Below are positions 1 to 8,890 of a DNA stretch of 26,848 bases, one piece after another. The position numbers and the translations under genes are program-made. Source of the DNA: a virus (lineage: Duplodnaviria > Caudoviricetes); IMG/VR virus record IMGVR_UViG_3300042197_001337, positions 1-26,848 of that record. One strand, 5' to 3'. The notes below the pieces were generated by a model that did not search any database, was not told the DNA's origin, and saw only the letters and a program-made list of their open reading frames with translations. Each line of letters begins with the position of its first letter. Positions within the stretch are counted from its first letter, which is position 1.

Positions 1-1914
1 AATGTTACAAATATTAATAATAGGATTGCTGCAAATTTACATTTGAATCCAGACTATCAAAATGCTTTAGTTGTGAATGGCAACCTTCCAGAGGGAACAT
101 CATTGACCTTGGATGGTATTTTAATTGGTAAACCTATTATAGCTAATGTGTATAGTTATACCAACGAATACAACTATAATTTTACCATACAAGCAAACAG
201 TATATCAAGTGGTGCAGTTTATAACGATACGTATACGCTAACAGTTACCAAAGGTATAGCACAAAATGAAAATGATATAACAGCTAGAATTACAAATCTT
301 GGTAACAGGTATAGCATAAACCTAATTAATCAAACTGGTCAGTCAGGTACATGGCAGCTGGCATCTGGTATACTTCCACCAAACACATCCATTAATTCAA
401 ATGGTTCGATTGATGTCAATACCGATTACAATTTACTGCCTTTTCTGCGTGAACAATTTGTAGATGCAACGTTATACCATTCGCCACAAAATATTAAAGA
501 ATGGAATAAATGGTTAGAATTATGGTTACAAGAAAACAAAAAATTTGATTACAGTTTCACAGTGGAATGTGTAGATAACAACAATTCGGTATTAATTGCT
601 TATAGTTTACGTATCATTCATACCTTACCCCCTTTAACCGGTTACTTTGAAAAATATGCCAATCAATTGAGAGTAGATCCTACTCAAAATTACTACTTAA
701 TATTTGATTCACAAAATCAAGCTATAAACTGGGTTACTGATGCTAACCTTGGTATCATGGATAATGGCACCGTAAGTGAATTATCTTTATTAGCTCAAAC
801 TAAAAATTCTGCTCTAGTCTACTATTTTATGAAACCAATTCAGTATTCAAGATTACCGCAAGGTCTTACTCTTAATAGAAATGGTAATTTAATGGGGAGA
901 ATAAGTTTCCGAACACATATGGATGATCCTGCTAATGTACCAAATAGTAACATCTATGAGTTTACTGTTAGAGCTTATACAAAAAAAAATAGAACTTATA
1001 GCGATAAAAAATTTACATTGACCATAAACAGAAAATATTCTCAACCACTGGATAATATATGGTTATATGCCATGACCGGTATAGAAAATAGATTTAGTTT
1101 TGAAAGATTAGTCACGTTATTAAAAGGGTATGATAGTTTTATATATAGGAATAGAGATCCAAGATTTGGTGTAAGCCAGCGTATAAAAATTTTATTTGCT
1201 GTTGGTATACAGGCCAAGAGCATACCGCAATATGAAAATATATTATTAGCCAATCACTATGATAAAACTTTGACTTTTGACAAGGCCAGGATAGCTTATG
1301 CATTAGGACCAAATCTTGAAACACAATATGAAGTAATTTATTTTCCAGTGATAGATCCAAAGACAGGAAGGTCTTCTATTAATACTACATCGACACCAAC
1401 AGTAGAAATTAATTTAAAAGACAAAATTGTAAATTATTATGTAAAAGATGGTCAAACCTTTTATAAACTTACTCCAAACACATTAGAAAACATGCAGGCT
1501 GTATTACGTGCCCAAGTTGGAACTAATACGCTGGATCTTATGCCTAGATGGATGACCAGTATCCAACCCATAGAAGGCCGTACTGGTGTTTTTTCTGCAC
1601 CAATTGGTTTCATCAGTGCTTTTGTATTGTGTTATTGTCGTGCAGGACAAGCAAATAAAGTCTTGTCAATAATAAACAATTATAATTTTAATCGAATCGA
1701 ATTTACGTTTGACAGATATCAACTTGAAAATCAGCATAGTGTTTATTACAGAAATTCTGTATTTGTACCAGGTAGTAATGTAACTTTATTTGATAGCGGC
1801 ACAACAATTCTTGACAGCAATAGTACTAAAGTAGTAGAAAACATAGAATCCTACTATCACCCAGATTTTGGTAATAAATATCTTAAGTTTCCAAAAAATA
1901 ATGTATTCCGATGA
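1..1914 (+). CDS. Virion structural (baseplate/tail) protein with putative Ig-like repeats, 5'-truncated
   Basis: Frame is open from base 1 (AAT GTT ACA...), so the TTG at 43 is probably not the real start. Repeated Ig-like segments (GNLPEGTSL, WQLASGILPPNTSINSNG, LPQGLTLNRNGNLMG); N/T/S-rich; ATGA overlap with the next tail gene. Confidence 0.65.
   Translation, partial: NVTNINNRIAANLHLNPDYQNALVVNGNLPEGTSLTLDGILIGKPIIANVYSYTNEYNYNFTIQANSISSGAVYNDTYTLTVTKGIAQNENDITARITNLGNRYSINLINQTGQSGTWQLASGILPPNTSINSNGSIDVNTDYNLLPFLREQFVDATLYHSPQNIKEWNKWLELWLQENKKFDYSFTVECVDNNNSVLIAYSLRIIHTLPPLTGYFEKYANQLRVDPTQNYYLIFDSQNQAINWVTDANLGIMDNGTVSELSLLAQTKNSALVYYFMKPIQYSRLPQGLTLNRNGNLMGRISFRTHMDDPANVPNSNIYEFTVRAYTKKNRTYSDKKFTLTINRKYSQPLDNIWLYAMTGIENRFSFERLVTLLKGYDSFIYRNRDPRFGVSQRIKILFAVGIQAKSIPQYENILLANHYDKTLTFDKARIAYALGPNLETQYEVIYFPVIDPKTGRSSINTTSTPTVEINLKDKIVNYYVKDGQTFYKLTPNTLENMQAVLRAQVGTNTLDLMPRWMTSIQPIEGRTGVFSAPIGFISAFVLCYCRAGQANKVLSIINNYNFNRIEFTFDRYQLENQHSVYYRNSVFVPGSNVTLFDSGTTILDSNSTKVVENIESYYHPDFGNKYLKFPKNNVFR
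1873..1880 (+). promoter_or_regulatory. Possible T4-type late promoter (AATAAATA)
   Basis: TAAATA core 30 nt upstream of the ATG at 1911. It lies in AT-rich coding sequence, so it could be chance. Confidence 0.35.
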
Positions 1915-2843
1915 TAGATACAACCGCTATTAATATAAATTTTCCTGCTGCTGGTCAAAACAACAGTAGCCAAGGATTCAGAGATAATTTTGCCGCCATT
2001 AAAACTGGGTTGGATATTACTAGCCAATATTTAGGTATAGTTGATGTTCTAAGTAAAACAGTTTTGATAAAAGATGAAAAAAATGGCAGTTCGTTGTTGA
2101 ATAATGATATGGATTATCACTTTATATCAAGACCAACTTTGAAGGCACCAGGCGGGGAATATATTAACAATGGTATCAGTGGTGATGTTCTAACTGTGGA
2201 CTATTACCGAGGCAATTTGCAAAGATTTTCGATTAGCACAGACGTAAGAATAAGTTTTATTAACTTCCCCACTGACACTATTTTTGGTACAGTTAAAATT
2301 TGGATCACTAATAACGTAGATGCACATAATTTATTCTTACCAGATAATGTACGATTAAGTCAAGATAGTCCATATTATAGCACTAAGATTGTGCCTATGA
2401 CAACAACAGGTGATTACCTATTTGAATTTATAAAAATTGACAGTGATAATGCTATTTGGATGATTGATCAAAGCAAAACTCCAATACCCATTGCAAGTTA
2501 TGATAAAGCAGGCCTGGTTAGAATAGATGGTGTTAGTCTAGAAGTAGATTCTACAGGATTATTAACTGTACGTGCTGGGTCACCAAGCGATATAAGGTTA
2601 AAAAACAATATTGCTACTCTACAAGATCCATTGGGCATTATACGCAAACTAAGAGGTGTAACTTTTAACTGGATTGATGGTAATTTGCCTAGTCTGGGTG
2701 TGATAGCACAAGAATTAGAATCAGTATTACCGGAATTAGTTAGTACCGACACAAATGGAATGAAACAGGTTGATTACTCAAAACTAGCTGCTGTGTTTAT
2801 AGAAAGTATTAAACAGCTAGATTTACGAACAGGTACAAGTTGA
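1911..2843 (+). CDS. Tail/fibre-associated protein with C-terminal intramolecular chaperone (peptidase S74) domain
   Basis: C-terminus has SDIRLKNNI...LRGVTFNW...GVIAQELESVLPELV...VDYSKL...IESIKQL, the S74 autocleavage chaperone signature. Confidence 0.8.
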   Translation: MIDTTAININFPAAGQNNSSQGFRDNFAAIKTGLDITSQYLGIVDVLSKTVLIKDEKNGSSLLNNDMDYHFISRPTLKAPGGEYINNGISGDVLTVDYYRGNLQRFSISTDVRISFINFPTDTIFGTVKIWITNNVDAHNLFLPDNVRLSQDSPYYSTKIVPMTTTGDYLFEFIKIDSDNAIWMIDQSKTPIPIASYDKAGLVRIDGVSLEVDSTGLLTVRAGSPSDIRLKNNIATLQDPLGIIRKLRGVTFNWIDGNLPSLGVIAQELESVLPELVSTDTNGMKQVDYSKLAAVFIESIKQLDLRTGTS

Positions 2844-2868
2844 CAATTAAATTTAATAATAGTATACT
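2840..2868 (+). promoter_or_regulatory. Sigma70-type early promoter
   Basis: TTGACA (2840-2845), 17-nt spacer, TATACT (2863-2868); SD GAGGA at 2877-2881 before ATG 2886. Confidence 0.85.
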
Positions 2869-2885
2869 AAACAAAAGAGGATACT

Positions 2886-3323
2886 ATGACTAAAGCAGAT
2901 CTTAATCTATACACCGAATTTGTTACTAAAGTAACTAGCGAAACCAGCCGAGATCTTACCACTTTTATGAATAGATTGGATATAATTGATGGTAATTATG
3001 ATTTTGCAAATAATCAACATGGCCCAAGCGTAAATGTACCTTTGATGTTGACTGGGGCAATGGGTCTATGTTCAGAATCTGGTGAACTAATGGAAATTGT
3101 TAAGAAAATGGTTTTTCAAGGTAAGCCGTTGACAGATGAAACCTTATTCCACATGAAACGTGAATTGGGCGATATAATTTGGTACTGGACAAATATGTGC
3201 TCTGCTTTAAAGCTGGATCCAAACGATGTTATAGTAGAAAATGTAAATAAATTAAAGTCACGCTATCCAGGAGGCTCATTTAATGTGAGTAGGAGCGAAA
3301 ATAGAGTTGAGGGAGATTTATAA
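2886..3323 (+). CDS. mazG: MazG-like nucleoside triphosphate pyrophosphohydrolase
   Basis: GLCSESGELMEIVKK...RELGDIIWY (ExxE...ExxD metal motif) and NVNKLKSRYP tail. Confidence 0.85.
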   Translation: MTKADLNLYTEFVTKVTSETSRDLTTFMNRLDIIDGNYDFANNQHGPSVNVPLMLTGAMGLCSESGELMEIVKKMVFQGKPLTDETLFHMKRELGDIIWYWTNMCSALKLDPNDVIVENVNKLKSRYPGGSFNVSRSENRVEGDL

Positions 3324-3562
3324 TGTTTCATCCATTGGCACAAGATATAACCGGACTAACCGACGATGAACTGTATAAGAAATACAATGAACTTAATAGC
3401 AAATTTATTTCTGCACATCGAATTGGATCAGGTTCTGTTATACAACAAATGTCTATGTTACTGGAACACTATCGTAATGAAATGCGTAATCGCCAAGAAA
3501 AATTGTTAAATGAAGCAGGTAAACGCAATAGCAACTTTAAAAACATAATTGACATAAAATGA
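3323..3562 (+). CDS. Hypothetical helical protein
   Basis: 79-aa ORF coupled by TAATG and ATGA overlaps on both sides. Confidence 0.7.
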   Translation: MFHPLAQDITGLTDDELYKKYNELNSKFISAHRIGSGSVIQQMSMLLEHYRNEMRNRQEKLLNEAGKRNSNFKNIIDIK

Positions 3563-4074
3563 AGTTTGACCAATTTGGACAATGTTATACCAGTTCAAAT
3601 TTGCTTGCCGACAATCTATATCAAAATCCAGATTTGGATTTAGCAGGTATACTTGTGACTGATCCAACACAATACAATAATAGTATTGATACATTACATT
3701 GTGATTTTGTTAAATTACAGCAGTATATACAGCCAGATATATCTGTAGAACAGTTCGACCATAACAATCAACGTAATTGGTACATGCCTCAAGAGTATGT
3801 TGATCTAGATATTGCAAAACATGTACTAGGTTTATGTTCAACCTCAACAGAATTACAAAGAGTAGGACAAGAACTATTATTATATCAAGAACGAAATCTT
3901 TTTCCGTTACTGTGTTATCTTAAATACTTAGTTGATACCCTTAGGAAAAACCAAATTATATGGGGCGTAGGTAGAGGCAGTAGTACTGCCAGCTATGTTT
4001 TGTATCTACTGGGTGTACATAAAATCAATAGCATTTATTATGATTTACCTATTGAAGAATTTTTAAAAGGATAG
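3559..4074 (+). CDS. dnaE: DNA polymerase III alpha (DnaE)-like fragment, probable split-polymerase subunit
   Basis: RVGQELLLY...YLVDTLRKNQIIWGVGRGSSTASYVLYLLGVHKINSIYYDLPIEEFL matches the DnaE GxGRGS...YxLGI...LxFERFL block. Only 171 aa. Confidence 0.8.
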   Translation: MKFDQFGQCYTSSNLLADNLYQNPDLDLAGILVTDPTQYNNSIDTLHCDFVKLQQYIQPDISVEQFDHNNQRNWYMPQEYVDLDIAKHVLGLCSTSTELQRVGQELLLYQERNLFPLLCYLKYLVDTLRKNQIIWGVGRGSSTASYVLYLLGVHKINSIYYDLPIEEFLKG

Positions 4075-4077
4075 GAT

Positions 4078-4416
4078 ATGGCCAAAATTTACAAAAGTGC
4101 ATTAGGACGCCAAGTTGATATGGACCAACTACGCCTAGCTAACGAAGATGTAATTGCTGTGGGCAATATGAAAGTTAATGCCCGAGGTGATGAATTAGGA
4201 TTTGGTGGGCAGGTTTTAAGAACAAGAAATGATGTAATGAACGAACATTACAAATTACATGGTACTTTAAGTCGTAACGACCCAGAGATTCAGCGTCCAG
4301 ATGAAACATTCCTTCATGCTAAGCCACCAGAAAAGCCAACACTGCGTGGTGCCTTGGCTAATGCAATCTTAAAACCTTCTGTTAGACGATTAGATGATCA
4401 AGATGGTGAAAAATGA
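4078..4416 (+). CDS. Hypothetical protein
   Basis: 112-aa ORF in operon; ATGA overlap with groES. Confidence 0.7.
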   Translation: MAKIYKSALGRQVDMDQLRLANEDVIAVGNMKVNARGDELGFGGQVLRTRNDVMNEHYKLHGTLSRNDPEIQRPDETFLHAKPPEKPTLRGALANAILKPSVRRLDDQDGEK

Positions 4417-4766
4417 GTCAAATTTTAACTACACATATTAACAAATTACACGCTTTACATGATTCAGTCTTGGTGACTGAAATGAGTTTCCAAGAACGTC
4501 GTAGTGCCGCGGGGATTGTGATTCCGGTTGATGATGGCAAAAGCAGTGGTGTACGTCCACGATGGGGCAAAGTATTTGCAGTTGGTCCAAAGCAGCAACA
4601 TGTTAAAGAGGGGCAATGGATTTTGGTAGATCATGGAAGATGGACCAGAGGTATCAAAATCAGCATTGATCAAACTGAACATGTGATTAGAAAAGTTGAC
4701 AACAACGATATTTTATTGGTCACTGATACCCAACCAATGGACGAAACTTTCAGTGACAAAGTCTAA
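4413..4766 (+). CDS. groES: GroES-like co-chaperonin
   Basis: LHALHDSVLV...SAAGIVIP...GKVFAVGP...VKEGQWILV...DILLV follows the Cpn10 pattern, including the mobile-loop GIVIP. Confidence 0.85.
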   Translation: MSQILTTHINKLHALHDSVLVTEMSFQERRSAAGIVIPVDDGKSSGVRPRWGKVFAVGPKQQHVKEGQWILVDHGRWTRGIKISIDQTEHVIRKVDNNDILLVTDTQPMDETFSDKV

Positions 4767-4790
4767 CTAATACTGTATAATACAGTATTA
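4753..4790 (+). promoter_or_regulatory. Sigma70-type promoter whose -10 box lies within a perfect 10-bp inverted repeat
   Basis: GTGACA (4753-4758), 17 nt, TATAAT (4776-4781). Inverted repeat TAATACTGTA-TAA-TACAGTATTA at 4768-4790. Confidence 0.7.
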
Positions 4791-4805
4791 CTTCAAGGAA
4801 TCATT

Positions 4806-5741
4806 ATGTCAATTAAACAACTGTGGGTGGAAGCCTATCGTCCTACCACCATTGATGGCTATGTCTTTACAGACAGCTCTTTAAGAGAACTAGTTGAACA
4901 TTGGATCAAAGAAGGCAGTATACCACATATTTTATTATATGGTCCCGCAGGAACAGGTAAAACCACACTGGCAAAAATTATTATCAATTCGGTGGGTTGT
5001 GATGAAATTGATGTTCTATATGTGAACGGTAGTAAGGAAGGAAGAAAGATCGATTGGCTTCGTGATAAACTAGACAACTTTTGCAGCACAATGCCTTTTG
5101 GTAAATTCAAAGTTGTTATGATTGACGAAGCAGACTACTTGAACAAAGACAGTGTACAACCTGCTATGCGTAATCTAATGGAAGATTATTCGGATACGGT
5201 GAGATTTATAATGACTTGTAATTATCATCATAGAATAATTACACCACTGCGTAGTAGATGTCAAGAAATCAATGTTGCTAAAACAGATCAAACTGAATTT
5301 ACTGCACGTGCCGCTACTGTGCTCATGCAGGAACAAATAGAGTTTGATTTGGATATTTTAGATACTTTTATTCGTGCAACTTATCCAGATTTACGCAAAT
5401 GTCTAAATCTTTTACAGGCTAACTGTGTAAGCGGCAAGTTAGAAAGCCCAAAAAGCAATAGTGCCAGTACACAAGATTATAAACTAGAAGCAGTGAATTT
5501 GTTCAAAGCAAAAAGACAGCGTGAAGCTAGACAGTTAATTTGCAATAACGTTGATGCGAATGAAGTAGAAGAATTTTTTAGATGGACTTATGACAACTTA
5601 AATTTGTGGAGTTCAACCGAAGAAGGCAAGGACGAAGCTATATTAATCATACGTAAAGGATTGGTGACTCATGCTAGTTGTGCCGATCCGGAAATCAATT
5701 TGAGTGCTACTATAACCGAACTTATCAGTATTGGAAAATAA
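4806..5741 (+). CDS. Sliding-clamp loader AAA+ subunit (RFC small subunit / T4 gp44-like)
   Basis: LWVEAYRP, Walker A GPAGTGKTT, Walker B IDEAD, SRC motif, DLRKCLNLLQ. Confidence 0.9.
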   Translation: MSIKQLWVEAYRPTTIDGYVFTDSSLRELVEHWIKEGSIPHILLYGPAGTGKTTLAKIIINSVGCDEIDVLYVNGSKEGRKIDWLRDKLDNFCSTMPFGKFKVVMIDEADYLNKDSVQPAMRNLMEDYSDTVRFIMTCNYHHRIITPLRSRCQEINVAKTDQTEFTARAATVLMQEQIEFDLDILDTFIRATYPDLRKCLNLLQANCVSGKLESPKSNSASTQDYKLEAVNLFKAKRQREARQLICNNVDANEVEEFFRWTYDNLNLWSSTEEGKDEAILIIRKGLVTHASCADPEINLSATITELISIGK

Positions 5742-5742
5742 T

Positions 5743-6111
5743 ATGAGTAAACTTTTTCTTGTTGCCTATTACTATCAACGTCCTAGTGAAAAACGAGTGC
5801 GTACCAATCGCAGTGGTTGGATGAATAATGAAAAGAACGTGGCTTTTGACGAACAGGTTGCTTTAACAAAAAATTTGAGCAATCGAGATTATGACATGGC
5901 AAAAGTAATTCTGGACATGGTACATAAAAAAGTTATTAAAAACGGCTGGAATACAACTAAAAGTTTTGATGACATGTTTTTGTATTTTCACGAAGGTTAT
6001 CCACAGTATACCGCAGAAGTCATGCACAAATTAGACTATGAATATTTAGGCAAGATCCTACCTACTTATAAGAAGGAAATTAGCTCAAGTGGCACAATTA
6101 GTAGTGTATAA
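5743..6111 (+). CDS. Hypothetical protein
   Basis: ORF track gives TTG 5731; ATG 5743 directly after the upstream stop is the likelier start. Confidence 0.7.
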   Translation: MSKLFLVAYYYQRPSEKRVRTNRSGWMNNEKNVAFDEQVALTKNLSNRDYDMAKVILDMVHKKVIKNGWNTTKSFDDMFLYFHEGYPQYTAEVMHKLDYEYLGKILPTYKKEISSSGTISSV

Positions 6112-6114
6112 ATA
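6107..6114 (+). promoter_or_regulatory. T4-type late promoter TATAAATA
   Basis: Exact T4 late consensus ending 5 nt before ATG 6120. Confidence 0.65.
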
Positions 6115-6119
6115 TTTGA

Positions 6120-6365
6120 ATGAATCCTGCCTTTGCTAAATTACTAAGACAAAAAAAGAAACGAGTTAGAGATCCTAATCTACCACCACCTCCTACGTTG
6201 CTTGGTCAAGTTAAGGAATTAAGATTGACCAAAGAAGAAATGGATAGATTAGGGTTAGAATTGACTCTAACCAGGCAAAGGTTAGAGCAATTAGAAATTA
6301 GAAATCGAAAATTAGAGTCAAGTTTAGAATCATTGCAAAATTGGGTCCGAACCAGATATAGATAA
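6120..6365 (+). CDS. Hypothetical basic/coiled-coil protein
   Basis: 81 aa; basic N-terminus, PPPP linker, heptad-like C-terminal half. Confidence 0.65.
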   Translation: MNPAFAKLLRQKKKRVRDPNLPPPPTLLGQVKELRLTKEEMDRLGLELTLTRQRLEQLEIRNRKLESSLESLQNWVRTRYR

Positions 6366-6367
6366 TA

Positions 6368-6396
6368 TTGACACAATCTTGGTTCTTTGCTATACT
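6368..6396 (+). promoter_or_regulatory. Sigma70-type early promoter
   Basis: TTGACA (6368-6373), 17 nt, TATACT (6391-6396). Confidence 0.85.
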
Positions 6397-6429
6397 AGCT
6401 TTGTCTTAAACAAACATTGGTGGTTTAAA

Positions 6430-7566
6430 ATGATCCCTCAATATCAAGAAGTAGTGCGACTTCCCAATGTAATGAAAAACCGCAATCCATTACGTCAAAC
6501 TAACAGCAAAATTCTCACATTAGAAACAAGACTAAAAGAACTACAGTCATATAAGAAATGGCAAAAATTGATTGCCGAGTATCAAAAGAAAGGTGTGCGA
6601 TTAAATCCAAAGTTGCGTCCACTGGTTAGAATGGTTAAATTAGGCGTAATTTGCATTGACGAAGATATTCAACGTGCTTTAGACAGTAAACATTGTACCT
6701 CTATTGCCGATATAGGTAATTTTAGGCCACAATTATTACAAGTAGTCTATTGTATAAAAATTCCCGGCAAGGAAGAATTTCATGCGGTTGATGGTCAACA
6801 TTCTATAACGTTGCTGTCTGCTTTGATTGATGCTGGTATTTTTGAGGACGAAACAGATTGGAAGGAAGTTGAAGTTCCTGTTTTGTATATTGAAACTGAT
6901 AGTAGAGCATTTGCCAGAAAAGCATTTGCACTTATAAATGGTAAGGGCAAGAAAAAAATTAGTCCTTGGTATGAGCATAGGACTAAAGTTCTCAGTGTAA
7001 GAATTGATAACAGTCTTGATGAAGAAGATGTGAGTGCTGAGGCCAATCAAAGTATCTGTGAAAAATATGATTGTTACCCTGTTGATAAAGAAAGCAATTT
7101 TGTTGGCATGCCTGGAACTTTTACACACATGGAAGCTCTCAGTCTAGATTCTAAAGTTTTAGAAATCGCGTGCCGGTGGCACAATAAGTATTTCCATAAT
7201 GATGAAATAAATGGCAGTTTATGGTTTATCATAGACGATATCCATCGTGCATTTAAAGCAGCCAATATTAAATTAACTGACAAATTTTTAGACGAGTTAG
7301 CTGGAATCCTACAGCAATATTTTGCAGGGCTAGCACAGTTTCATGAAGCTTGTCATGCAGCCCATTTAAAATGGGGTGAGCATATTTATGGATATAAAGT
7401 ACATTGGGAAGATGCGTTTATTGCTTGTGTTTTAGTTCAATTGTATTCACATCTAGGTGGAACTCAACGTATTCCGCAGCCCATGCTAGACAGATTTGAT
7501 AGACTGATTGATTTCTTAGATGACGACATTAAGAATATGTTTGTAGACCAAAAAAGAGCAGCCTAA
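6430..7566 (+). CDS. ParB/sulfiredoxin-fold (DGQH(R)-type) protein
   Basis: IDEDIQRALD...FHAVDGQH...VPVLYI...AFALIN. Start moved from TTG 6379 (inside the promoter) to ATG 6430. Confidence 0.65.
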   Translation: MIPQYQEVVRLPNVMKNRNPLRQTNSKILTLETRLKELQSYKKWQKLIAEYQKKGVRLNPKLRPLVRMVKLGVICIDEDIQRALDSKHCTSIADIGNFRPQLLQVVYCIKIPGKEEFHAVDGQHSITLLSALIDAGIFEDETDWKEVEVPVLYIETDSRAFARKAFALINGKGKKKISPWYEHRTKVLSVRIDNSLDEEDVSAEANQSICEKYDCYPVDKESNFVGMPGTFTHMEALSLDSKVLEIACRWHNKYFHNDEINGSLWFIIDDIHRAFKAANIKLTDKFLDELAGILQQYFAGLAQFHEACHAAHLKWGEHIYGYKVHWEDAFIACVLVQLYSHLGGTQRIPQPMLDRFDRLIDFLDDDIKNMFVDQKRAA

Positions 7567-7877
7567 TGTATTTTTATGTGTTGCCCGGACCCTATAGAAC
7601 AGGGTTCGGTATCACCAGTGACTATGAACGCCGTCAGAAGGATTATACTGGTGCTTGGGGAGGAGTAGCTAAGTTTAGCCATGTTTTCCAAGGGCCTACT
7701 CCTCATATTAAACGACTAGAAAGCGTTATTAAAATGCAGCATAAAGATATACTTTGGCATGTAGATGATTGGCGTACCGAATGGTTAGATAATGCCTGGT
7801 CGGGCAATGAATTAGCTGCCTTTGTGCGAGAAATTATTTCTCAAAGACATTTACCTATACAAGAATTGGAAATATAA
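7566..7877 (+). CDS. Small GIY-YIG/T5orf172-like protein
   Basis: YFYVL...GFGITSDYERRQKDY...LESVIK fits the Y..G.T....R....E pattern; TAATG-coupled to the upstream gene. Confidence 0.5.
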   Translation: MYFYVLPGPYRTGFGITSDYERRQKDYTGAWGGVAKFSHVFQGPTPHIKRLESVIKMQHKDILWHVDDWRTEWLDNAWSGNELAAFVREIISQRHLPIQELEI

Positions 7878-8092
7878 TGCCTTATACCACAGTAGAAGTT
7901 GAAATTGATTTAGATGATTTCATCACAGAAGATCTAGTAGAAGAATTAGAGCGGCGTGACGCATATCAGAATGAACTTCCTGAGGAGATCATAGAGCAGT
8001 TAGCACATATTCATCGTGCTAGATTATGTGGGCAGCCTTGGGAAGACGACCTAGATCGCTTCCTCAAGGACACATTAGGTCGTGCTATTTAA
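7877..8092 (+). CDS. Small acidic hypothetical protein
   Basis: 71 aa, D/E-rich (VEVEIDLDDFITEDLVEELERR), TAATG-coupled. Confidence 0.7.
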   Translation: MPYTTVEVEIDLDDFITEDLVEELERRDAYQNELPEEIIEQLAHIHRARLCGQPWEDDLDRFLKDTLGRAI

Positions 8093-8829
8093 TCTTCGCC
8101 ATAGAGTTTAAGCACCTCCGCTACCACAGGGTGACGTTGCACATCACGTCGCCCAAAATCAACACTGGCAATCATTGAACTATTACTGGCTTGTAATCTT
8201 TCAATAAAATCCCGAAGTCCATTGTCCGTGGAGAATTTACGGTCAAGTTGATTTAGATCTCCGGTCACTACTAAACGACTTTCTTGGCCTAGTCGCGTCA
8301 ACACCATTTTCATTTGGTTAACAGTGGCATTTTGAGCTTCGTCAAAAATTATCCACGAGTGTTTAAAATTGCGACCTCTCATATATGCTAGTGGAGCTAT
8401 CTCTATAATTTGTTCTTCTAGCATACTGGCTATTTCTTTTGCCGTGTAGTATTCCTGAATAACATCCATAATGGGTCGTGTCCACGGTGCCATTTTGGCG
8501 TTTAGGTCTCCGGGTAAAAAACCGTGTTCTTCATTGTCCACACCCACTGCTGGACGAGTTATAATTATTTTATTGATTTTCCTTTCTTTAAATGCTTTGA
8601 TAGCAGCCATTACTGCAAGCATAGTTTTGCCAGTCCCAGCAGGACCTGTGGCAAAAACTATGAGTCGAGTTGGATCTAATAGTAGGTCAATGTATTCTTC
8701 CTGTTTTAAAGTTTTTGGTAGCAAAGTTACCTGACGGCTTTTTTGCTGCACATAATCATTGATTCCAATTACATTAGCCGCGTCAAATTGACGGCTACGA
8801 CTGTTTTGAGCCCGACGTTTTGCTGACAA
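8089..8829 (-). CDS. phoH: PhoH-family ATPase
   Basis: GPAGTGKT, IIITRPAV, GFLPGDL, PLAYMRGRNF, DEAQN, TRLG, TGDLNQLD, RHPVV. Probable TTG start at 8829 after AGGAGA (track start 8856). Confidence 0.93.
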   Translation of the reverse strand: MSAKRRAQNSRSRQFDAANVIGINDYVQQKSRQVTLLPKTLKQEEYIDLLLDPTRLIVFATGPAGTGKTMLAVMAAIKAFKERKINKIIITRPAVGVDNEEHGFLPGDLNAKMAPWTRPIMDVIQEYYTAKEIASMLEEQIIEIAPLAYMRGRNFKHSWIIFDEAQNATVNQMKMVLTRLGQESRLVVTGDLNQLDRKFSTDNGLRDFIERLQASNSSMIASVDFGRRDVQRHPVVAEVLKLYGED

Positions 8830-8863
8830 GTGTGTTTCTCCTAAAGTTAATGTCATATTTTAT

Positions 8864-8890
8864 GTTTTGTATTCTAGATGAATACAAAAC
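8864..8890. repeat. Perfect 11-bp inverted repeat upstream of phoH
   Basis: GTTTTGTATTC-TAGAT-GAATACAAAAC. Confidence 0.8.

Noticed and set aside
4060-4130. Frameshift, readthrough or intein joining the DnaE fragment to the next ORF
   Set aside because: The downstream sequence shows no PDxDxD context or other DnaE motif (VDMD is not convincing) and no intein termini.
4773-4785. LexA/SOS box in the clamp-loader promoter (CTGT...ACAG)
   Set aside because: Spacing is CTG-N7-CAG, not the CTG-N10-CAG of the E. coli-type box.
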